The notes under the pieces are model-generated. The model searched no databases and was not told where the DNA came from. It saw nothing but the letters and a program-made list of their open reading frames with translations. The position numbers and the translations under genes are program-made. 56,780 nt of DNA from Candidatus Aminicenantes bacterium RBG_16_66_30 (GTDB taxonomy: Bacteria > Acidobacteriota > Aminicenantia > Aminicenantales > Saccharicenantaceae), in NCBI GenBank assembly GCA_001775715.1, contig MEYC01000003.1, positions 3,999 through 60,778 on the forward strand. The letters are read 5' to 3'. Positions 1 to 8,600 of this stretch are shown here, piece by piece (within the stretch, counting starts at the first letter, position 1; the number at the start of each line of letters is the position of its first letter).

Positions 1-7
1 CCGGCCG

Positions 8-193
8 GCCTGACTTATTCACGAATCGAGGCGGCCCCTAGATGCGAGGCCCGAGGGGTGAAGCTGTACTCTTTAGTACTGCGAACCCCGAGAACGAAGC
101 AGATGGGGCTGGATCGGTTCGCCCGGAGGGTAAAAACGCCTAATAAACGGGAGATGGAGAAAAAAACGGGGCGTTTTTATGAATAAGTCAGGC
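8..193. repeat. 186-bp non-coding unit closed by a perfect 14-bp inverted repeat; carries copy A (16..109) of a 94-nt module also found at 29598..29691
   Basis: 8..21 GCCTGACTTATTCA is the exact reverse complement of 180..193 TGAATAAGTCAGGC. An inner 9-bp stem pairs AAAAACGCC (132..140) with GGCGTTTTT (170..178). A conserved hairpin GTACT-loop-AGTAC is present. The only ORF inside is a 33-codon frame with no SD. Confidence 0.6.
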
Positions 194-1674
194 TAGCGCC
201 TGGCCTGGGTGAGGACGACCTCGACGCGCCGGTTCCGGGACCGGTTGGCCTCGGTATCGTTGGGCGCGACCGGATTCTCCGGCCCGAAGCCCTGGTACTT
301 CATCCGGTCGCTCGAGATGCCCTGGACCATCAGGAATTCGTAGACCGTCCGGGCCCGCTCCATGGACAGTCTCATATTGGTCTCTCTCGAGCCGGTCGCA
401 TCGGTGTAGCCCTCGATGCTCAGGTTCATGTGGGGGAAGACCATGAGGATGCCGGCCAGCTTGGCCACGGAGATCTGCGAGGCGGTCTTGAGCGTCGCCT
501 GGCCGACGTCGAACAGGATCCCGGAGAGGCTGACGACGACGCCGCGGGCCGAATCGGTCGTTTCCGCGACCGACGACAAGGCGTTCTTGAGCATGTTCGC
601 CAGCTCGTCGCGCTCCTTCCGGATGACCTCGCGCTCGGCGGCGACCCGGTCCCGCTCGGCCGCGACGGCGTCGCGCTCGACCCGGACCGCGTCGCGCTCG
701 GCGGCGATGCCGTTCTTCTCGTTCGTCAGCTTCTCGGCTAGCTTGGCCAGGTTGGAGGTTTCGATGGCCAGGGCCTGGCGCTGGATCTCGACCTCCCGGA
801 GCTGCTCGGCGATCCGCGCGGATTCTCCTTCGGCCGTGGTCGCGCGCGTTTCGAGGGCGGCCTTTTCGGCCACGCGCTTCTCCTCGGCCTCGGCTGCGGC
901 CTTCTCCGCGCGGACCTTGAGGGTGTCCTTGATGGCCTGGGAGGCCAGCTGGGCGGCGGCCCGGGCCTGGTCGGCCATTTGGGTTTTATTGGACTTGGCG
1001 GCCAGGGCCTTCGCATACGCGGCCTTGGCGCCCGCGACGGCCTTAGGGTTGATCTCGGCGGCGTTGAGCTTCTCGGCCATCTCGATGGCCTTGGCGGCCT
1101 GCCGGACGGCTGCGGGCGTGTCGTCGTTGTACTGGAACATGGCGATCGACGGGAGGGCCGGCTTGGCGTCCTCGGAGAAGTTCTTGAAGGAGAACGGCGT
1201 GTACTGCACGTTGATGGCCTTCGTCTGGCTCGACGTGAAGAGGACGAGGTCGGTCGGCCGGTTCACCGTGGAGAAGGGCTCGGCCGTGACCATCAGGGCG
1301 AAGTTCCTCCTTCCGGTGAAATATGGCTGGGAGCCGGAGGCGTTCTTCTTGTCGACGACGACCTCGCCGAGGTTCTCGGCCGAGCCGTCGAGGGTCACGG
1401 CCCAGAGGACGTAGGCCGAGATGTCGCCGGCGAAGAGCACGGCCGGCTCCATCTTCTGGAACATGAGCTTGACCGTGGTCTGCCCTCCGGAGAAGGAGAT
1501 CGAGGCCTGCATCGCCGCCTTGTTGGGCGCGCGGTTCGTCTTGACGAAATAGAGGTCGATGGAGCTCCCGTCCCGGAGCATCAGGGCGTTCAGCTGGATC
1601 TCCTCCGCGGCGGCGAGCACGGACGCCGCGAGAACGAAAACGACGGTCAGGATGGCTATCCGGTTTCTGGACAT
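193..1674 (-). CDS. OmpA/MotB-family peptidoglycan-binding envelope protein with a long Ala/Glu/Arg-rich coiled-coil linker
   Basis: C-terminal OmpA_C hallmark NLSIEGYTDATGSRETNMRLSMERARTVYEFL...NRRVEVVL. Signal peptide MSRNRIAILTVVFVLAASVLAAA. Start moved to ATG 1674, preceded by AAGGAGG; the 46 upstream codons of the track ORF look non-coding. Confidence 0.85.
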   Translation of the reverse strand: MSRNRIAILTVVFVLAASVLAAAEEIQLNALMLRDGSSIDLYFVKTNRAPNKAAMQASISFSGGQTTVKLMFQKMEPAVLFAGDISAYVLWAVTLDGSAENLGEVVVDKKNASGSQPYFTGRRNFALMVTAEPFSTVNRPTDLVLFTSSQTKAINVQYTPFSFKNFSEDAKPALPSIAMFQYNDDTPAAVRQAAKAIEMAEKLNAAEINPKAVAGAKAAYAKALAAKSNKTQMADQARAAAQLASQAIKDTLKVRAEKAAAEAEEKRVAEKAALETRATTAEGESARIAEQLREVEIQRQALAIETSNLAKLAEKLTNEKNGIAAERDAVRVERDAVAAERDRVAAEREVIRKERDELANMLKNALSSVAETTDSARGVVVSLSGILFDVGQATLKTASQISVAKLAGILMVFPHMNLSIEGYTDATGSRETNMRLSMERARTVYEFLMVQGISSDRMKYQGFGPENPVAPNDTEANRSRNRRVEVVLTQARR

Positions 1675-1882
1675 AGGACCTCCTTTATTATAGGGACTCA
1701 ACCTTTTAGTCGGCATTTCGGGCCGGGAGTCCGAGTGGAGGGGTGCGCCGGGCGCCTTCCCCCCTGTCGAACGGGCTGACCGCAGGATAGCACCAGGGGG
1801 CGGCCAGGTCAAATGGGGCTATTGTAAAGGAAGGCCCTTCAGCCTATATTCCAAGTAGACAATCCGGGAACGGGAGGGGCAG

Positions 1883-2053
1883 ATGCCGATCGACCTGAGT
1901 TTCTTGGAAAGGGAAATGGTGAAGAGCCTCCTAGAGAAGGAGCTCGAGGACATCCGCTCCGAGCTCCACCATACGCAGAACCACGAGTACAAGGACAACC
2001 TCAAGGAGCGGGAACGGGTCATCCGCGAGGTGCTGGCCAAACTGTCGACCTAA
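1883..2053 (+). CDS. small charged helical protein (56 aa), function unknown
   Basis: Below the 60-aa track cutoff. ATG is preceded by GGGAGGGG. Strong G/C third-position bias (MPIDLSFLEREMVKSLLEKELEDIRSELHHTQNHEYKDNLKERERVIREVLAKLST). Stop lies 5 nt before the next gene. The opposing track ORF 1819..2040 has Ser/Arg/Trp-rich antisense-like composition. Confidence 0.45.
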   Translation: MPIDLSFLEREMVKSLLEKELEDIRSELHHTQNHEYKDNLKERERVIREVLAKLST

Positions 2054-2058
2054 ACGCC

Positions 2059-2487
2059 GTGGCCGTTCTGATCAACATCGTCCTTGCGGCCGCCACCCTC
2101 TATTTCTATGTCGTGGCCAGCCGGCGCTTCTACCGCCGGGAAGAACCGTTTATGGCCCGGCTGGGGATCGCCGTCCTGCTCGATATCGCAACGGCCTTCA
2201 CCGCCTCGTTCAAGCTGACCCCGACGACCCAGCTCCCCGGACCGCACAACGTGCCCTGGGACAGCGTCCTTTTCCTGACACATATGGCGGCGGCCTCGCT
2301 GGGGATGTTCGGCTTCATCGCAGTATTCTTGATCCTCGTCATCAAAGGCAAGGATAGGCCCTACGACAAGATGCGGAGATTCCAGTACCGGGTCCTTCTG
2401 CCCGCCTGGGCCATCGGCGAAGTGATCGCTCTGACCAACTCTATCTTGAAGATCGTCTTGAAGGTCAGGATCTACGATTATTTTTAA
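2059..2487 (+). CDS. hypothetical integral membrane protein (4 predicted TM segments)
   Basis: GTG start. Hydrophobic segments AVLINIVLAAATLYFYVV, LGIAVLLDIATAFTASF, FLTHMAAASLGMFGFIAVFLILVI, LLPAWAIGEVIALT. Host-like codon bias. No recognisable family. Confidence 0.6.
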   Translation: MAVLINIVLAAATLYFYVVASRRFYRREEPFMARLGIAVLLDIATAFTASFKLTPTTQLPGPHNVPWDSVLFLTHMAAASLGMFGFIAVFLILVIKGKDRPYDKMRRFQYRVLLPAWAIGEVIALTNSILKIVLKVRIYDYF

Positions 2488-2499
2488 AGGGAAACCTGG

Positions 2500-2556
2500 T
2501 GCCGGTGGAGGGAATCGAACCCACACTCGAGTTGCCCCGAACGGGATTTTGAGTCC
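2500..2556 (-). repeat. orphan 3' half of tRNA-Leu(CAA) (anticodon loop to discriminator); att-like direct repeat of 11587..11643
   Basis: 57/57 nt identical by eye to the 3' portion of the intact tRNA-Leu at 11587..11672. The 5' half (acceptor 5' strand, D arm) is absent, so it is not a functional tRNA. Confidence 0.85.
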
Positions 2557-2623
2557 GAGCTTTCCTTGAGCGTTTCTTGGTCAAGGCCAAATAGGCCAGA
2601 ATCGTCGGTTCGGTGACTGGGCG

Positions 2624-5600
2624 TTAAGCACCGAGGAGAACCTCCACCTGATGGTCGGCCCTATCATCGGCCAGGGGGATGAATGGCCCCCCGGAATCGC
2701 GGCCGTCTGCAGACACGCGGACGATACTGTCCCCGGGCCCGCCGACGCGCCGGAAGGTGACGTGATAAAACGTCTCTCTGAAGCGATAATGAACCCTGCA
2801 GCTCTCCCATTCGTCGGGAAGCAAGGGTTCGAGCCATAGCTTGTCGACCTCGAGCCGGAGGCCGAGGAGTGTTTCCACGGCCAGGCGGTACATCCATCCG
2901 GCGCTACCCGTGTACCAGGTCCAGCCACCGCGTCCCCTATGGGGCGACGCGGCAAGGATATCGCCGGGCATGACATAGGGCTCGACCCTGAAGACCTCCA
3001 TCTTCCCGGGCGTATCGGCGTGCCGGATGGGGTTGAGCGCCCCGAACAACTCCCAAGCCCGCTTCTTATCGCCCAGCATCGCAAAGGCGAGGGTGACCCA
3101 GATTGCCGCGTGACTGTAATGGCCGCCGTTCTCTCGAACCCCCGGGGGATAGGCCTTGATGTAGCCGGGCTCGAGGGCTGAGGAGTCGAAGGGCGGGTCG
3201 AGCAGCCTGACGAGTCCGTCCTGAGGAAGGTAGAGGCGTTCGACGACGGATTCCATGGCCCGCCGGGCTCTGGGCTGCGCCGCGGCCCCCGAGATAACGG
3301 CCCAGCTCTGGGGAAGGGAATCGATCTGGCATTCCGCGTTGGCGGCGGAGCCGAGCGCACGGCCGTCGTCGAAATAGGCCCGCCGATACCACCGCCCGTC
3401 CCAGGCGTTGGTCTCAGCGCTCTGTCGAACCGTCTCGGCCTGCCTGCGGCAGACGACGCCGAACTCCCCGTCACCTTTCGCGTCCGCCAGTTCGGCGAAC
3501 CGGCTAAGGACGTCGAAAAGGAACCAGGCCAGCCAGACGCTTTCCCCGCGGCCGCCGCGACCGACCAGGTTCATCCCGTCGTTCCAGTCGCCGCTACCGA
3601 TGAGCGGCAGGCCATGGACCCCGAAGGTCAGCCCCCGTTTAATGGCCCTCACACAGTGCTCGTAGACCGACCCCATTTCGCTTGAGCGCTGCCAGAGGTC
3701 AAAACGGGCGTCCTCCCCCGGATCGACGGGCCTCCCCTCGAGGAACGGCCGCTGTTCGTCCAGGAGTCCGCTGTCCCCGGTCGCCTTGACGTACCGGCAA
3801 ACGGCGTATGGCAGCCAGAGAGAATCGTCGCTGATGTGCGTGCGGACGCCACGTCCCGAGGGCGGATGCCACCAATGCTGGACGTCCCCCTCGCGGAATT
3901 GATGTTCCGCGCTGAGAAGAATCTGCTCCCGGGCCAGCCAGGGAGCTCCGTCCAGGAGCGCCATCGAATCCTGAAGCTGGTCGCGGAACCCGTAGGCTCC
4001 CGAGGACTGATAATAGCCGCTGCGACCCCAGAACCGGGAGCTGATCACCTGATAGGCCAGCCAGCCGTTAACGAGGACGTTAAAGGCTTGGTCGGGCGAT
4101 TCCACATAAACCGCCCCGAGCAGTCGATTCCAACGATCCCAGACCGCCTGCAGGGATTGCCGCGCCGCCGCCGCGCCGCCGTACGTCTTGACCAGCCGCT
4201 GTGCCTCTTCTTCGCCGCGGCTGGCGCCAAGGAGAAAAACGACCTCCCTCTCCTCGCCTTCCGAGAGCTCGATAACGACCGACAGAGCCGCGCAAGGATC
4301 CAGCCCCGCGCCCGTTTTCCCCGAGAGTCCGGACCTCCGCATCGCCGCGGGCGAGCGAAGGGAGCCGTTGCGGCCGATGAACTCGGTCCTGTTCCCCGTC
4401 AGCGAGGCGTTCGGCTCGCTGGCCGCGGCAAACACGGTCCGTTCCGAGAAACCTTGGGCATAGGGGTTGCGCGCCAGCACGGCTTCAGCCTCTGGGTCGA
4501 AGCTGGTGACGATATGCATCTGGTTCAGGTGTCGCCACTGGCCCATTGTCAGCTCCCAGAATCCCGTGAGCGAAATGCGCCTCTTCCGTCCCGAATGGTT
4601 CCGCAGGCGCATGACCGCAAACTTGACTGGTTCGTCGACGGCCACGTAGATCCATAACTCCGAATAGATCGCGGCTTCATAATGCTCGAAGACGCTGTAG
4701 CCGAAGCCGTGCCGGCAAACATAGCCGTTGACGCCCGGCGCGGGGAGGGGTGTCGGCGACCAGAACCGCCCGGTCTCCTCGTCCCGGATGTAGAACGCTT
4801 CTCCGGAGGGGTCGCTCAACGGGTCGTTGTGCCAGGTCGTAAGCCTGAACTCGTGGGCATTCTCGACCCAGGTGTAAGCCCCCCCGCTTTCGCTGATGAC
4901 GGTGCCGATCTTGGGGCTGGCGATGACGTTGGACCAAGGCGCCCGTGTGGTCTGACCGGGCTCGAGAGAAATGACGTACTCGCGACCGTCCGGCGTGAAG
5001 CCGCCCAGCCCGTTGCCGAGGACGCGTTCCCGGGGCAGGAGGGGCATCGGACCCTCGACGGCCTCCCGTCGCATCGGCGTGAACGCGGGCGGCAGGCGTT
5101 CGCCCCGTGAACTTCTCTCCGCCCGCGCAGAAAGTGATTCGTCGGCGTCGGTCAGAACGACCCGGGCCACGGACTGAAAGAGTGCGCGTTCTTCCTCCGA
5201 GAGTTCCTCCCCGCGGCGAACGAACACCCCCCCCGCTTTGTGGAGCGAGTGCGCCTCGGGTCCGCCGTGGATCAGACGCAGAATCTCCTCCTGCAAGGCC
5301 TGACGGTATCCGGAAAAGTCGTCGTTGAGCACGACCAGGTCGGAGTCCAGACCTTTCGACCGCCAGAAGGTATGGGCCTTGAGGGCGCTCCTCACCAGGC
5401 CGAGGGCGTGGGCATGGCGGATGCGCACAAGCATGATCGGCAGGTCTCCGGAGATGCCGAACCGCCATAGGCCCGCTTGACCGAGCCTGTTGCTGGCGAT
5501 GGTATTCGGAGAAGCCCGGTGGAGTCTGCCGGAGAACAGGATCGAGCCGGCGAGCCGCTCATAGGCTCGCGCGTCGGATTCGCTTGCTCCCAGGTTGCGC

Positions 5601-8600
5601 AGCAGCACTTGATTGTGAGACCACGCCATCTCGAAGGCGCGCTCGATGAAACGGGGATCCCGGTATTTATCGACCAGGGCGAGAGCGCCCTGGCGTGTAC
5701 TCGCCATGCCGGAGACGATGTGCGCCACCGCCGTTCCGTCCGGTGGAAGGCTAAAGACCCGGCGCACGGCGACGATGGGATCAAGGACCGCGCCTTCGCT
5801 GTCCGAGAGCGGACTCTCCCGCGGATCGCCGACGACCGGGTCCAGCACGATGGGGTCGGCCACCGAGCGGCCCCGGCCGATAAACTTCTCCCGGTCCGTC
5901 TCATAGGACGGCTCGCCGGATCCGCCTTCGACCGCCGCCAGAAAATGGAGCATCCACGCGGGCTCGGCGTCGGGGCGCCTTATTCTCCGATGGCAGAGCA
6001 GGGCTTGGCGGTCGCGCACGATCTCCGTCTCGACGAACAGGTTGCTGAAAACCCTGTGAGCCAGATCGGCGTTCAAGGCATCGAGAACGACCTCGGCGTA
6101 GCTTGTGACCTCGACCCGTCGGGGTTTGTCGGACAGGTTGGAGATCCGAAGCCTGCGGATCTCGACATCGTCCTCCGGCGAAACGGTGATCTCTGTATAC
6201 GTTTCGAGGCCCGCGTCGCGGCGGCGATATTCGGTCCGAGCGGAAGCGAAAACCGCCTCGTATGAAGCTGGCGAGCGGACCGTCGGCTGATAGGCCGCCG
6301 ACCAACTCGGGCCGCCGGGCTCCCTCAGGTAGATGAACGTCCCCCAGTTGTCACAGGCCGAATCCTCGCGCCAGCGGGTGACGGCCATATCGTGCCAGCG
6401 GCTGTAACCCCCTCCGGCGGCGGTCGTCATGACGTGGTAGGATCCGTTGGACAGGAGGTGCACCTCCGGGACCGGCGTATTCGGGTCAGTAAAAACCTGC
6501 ATTCTGCTCTCGGTCCCAGACTCGAGCGCGGTCCTCGCCGGCGCCCTGTCTTCCGACTCGCGAGGCTGGAGCGTGGGGCCGACCGTTGGTACGCGTTCGT
6601 GAAGCAGCCGCTCCGTCGCTTTCGATGTGGGATCCGACATGAAGCGCTGTTGCATGATTCCGCCGAGGAGGACGTTCTCGAGCGACAGAAGGCTCATCCC
6701 CTGGTGATGGGTCATGAAGGATTTGACGACGGCGAACGGTTTTCCCCGCGGTAGGCGGGAGGCTGTGTAGTCGATGGCTTCATAAAAGCCGTACCGGCCG
6801 AGAAAGCCGTTGTCGGCCATCCGCCGCAGGTTCTTGAAGGCGTCTCCGGGCGACACCATCAAGGCCAGGATGGAGGCATACGGCGCGACCACGAGGTCCT
6901 CGCCGAGGTCCCGTTTGAAACCGAGACCCGGGACGCCGAACGCGGCGTATTGGTAGGTCTGGCTCGAATCGGCGGCGTTATAGCAGGATTCGGAGATGCC
7001 CCAAGGGATACCGCACTCTCGCCCGTAGGCCACGTGGCGGTCCACCACGGCCCTGTAGGTCTGGTCGAGGAGGGTGTGGTCGACCATGGGCATCCAGATC
7101 AGAGGCATGAGGTACTCGAACATCGAACCGCTCCAGGAGAGCAGAGCCAATCCGCCGTCGACCCTGGTCAGAAGCCGGCTCAAAGCAAACCAATGTTTCT
7201 GCGGCAGCAGGCCCCGGGCGATGAGGACGAAGCTCGAAAACCTCGCTTCCGAGGCGAGGAGGTCGTAGAAGGACGGATCGCGGCGATGATCGTCGACCCG
7301 GTAGCCGATGGCCAGTAGGTCCCGGCCGCGGTCATAGAGAAAATCGAAATTCATGTTCTCCATCGCGGCCGCCCGCCCATCGAGCTCCTCGATCAGCCTC
7401 AGGCGCCCTGCGGCCTCGGGCGAGGCGCCCGGCTTTCGGGCGATCTCCAGAAGGCAAGGATTCTCCTTGAAAGACCCCGGGTCGGGGACCAGTAAGAGGA
7501 GATCTTCCCTCCAGTCTCTCGCCTGGCGTTCCAAGGCTTCGGCCAGCTGGAGGGCTGCAGAATCCTCGTCGAAAACCGTCGCGGCGGCCAGGGCCCCGGC
7601 CTTGGACTGGACGCGCTCGAGCAATTCCAGGGCGGACGCAAGAGAACCGTCGGGGTGGGCCAGCGTTCCGCGCAAATCTTCGAGGAGCCGCGCAACGACG
7701 GCCGCCGGGAAGGCCATGGCCGAGGCGGCCGCCTCAACGCCATCGCGCAACCCGGAGAACACGGCCGCCGGCAGGATGGGCCGGGTCTTGAGCTCCGCCA
7801 GGCCGGCGCGCAGAATCATCAGGCTTCCCAACAGGTTGCCGCTGTCCACCGTGGAGATATATCGAGGCCGGAGCGGCCTCAGGCTCACGGTATCGTACCA
7901 GTTGAAAAAGTGGCCGCGGAAACGCTCCAGCATCTCCATCGCGGTCAAGGACGAATCCGTGCGCCCCAGGAACCGGCCGCAACTGAGGTAGCCCAGGTCA
8001 GACGCGGCCAGATTAGCCTGGAGGTTCATGCCGAGGTTCGTAGGAGACGTCCGCGAGGCGACGAGGGGGCCGGGGGACTCCTGGAAATTGTCGGGCGGAA
8101 GCCAGTTGTCGCCGGCTCCCACGAACTCTTCGAAATAAGCCCAGATGCGGCGGGCCAGGCCCCCCAGGAAAAGCCGTTGGGAGTCGGTAAGCGGAAGCAC
8201 GCCCCACGATAACGGCCGGCTGATCCACCAGCCGATGATAGGTCCGGCGAGCCAGGCTGCCAGGACCGGCGCCGCAGCCCACAGGTTTCCGGGATGAGCC
8301 GAATAGAGAACGGCGGCCAGCGCCACCCCCGTCAGCGGCCCGACTCCCATTTCAATCAAGAACTCGTGCGGACGGCGCTTGGCATTCCGGCGGGCGGAGC
8401 TTCGGGAATACCAGAGAAACATTTTCCGGCGGCTGAAGCGGAAAAAGGCCAGGCGGAAGCTCGAGCCCACGAGGGCGCTCAGAAGAACAAGGGAATCGTA
8501 GGGCAGGAAGGCCAGGGCGAGTGCCGTCTGGGCCAAGCGGCGCGACGACCTTTCGAAAACGCTCCTCCAATGGGCGCGCCGGTTTCGGTCGCGCGGCAGG

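Noticed and set aside
1-193. Known riboswitch or ribozyme class for the repeated module (Moco, c-di-GMP, guanidine, ZTP, hammerhead, twister)
   Set aside because: None of the consensus cores I remember could be located by eye. This is a weak negative that needs cmscan.
600-720. Short tandem DNA repeats in the ompA-like gene as a contingency or phase-variation locus
   Set aside because: The repeats are imperfect and in frame, and they encode coiled-coil heptad-like ERDxV units. There is no homopolymer or perfect microsatellite.
1819-2040. 73-aa minus-strand ORF
   Set aside because: Ser/Arg/Trp/Cys-rich composition, no SD, and exactly antisense to a better-supported small plus-strand ORF.
2500-2556. 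Second tRNA-Leu gene
   Set aside because: Only the 3' 57 nt are present. There is no 5' acceptor strand or D arm, so it cannot fold into a cloverleaf.
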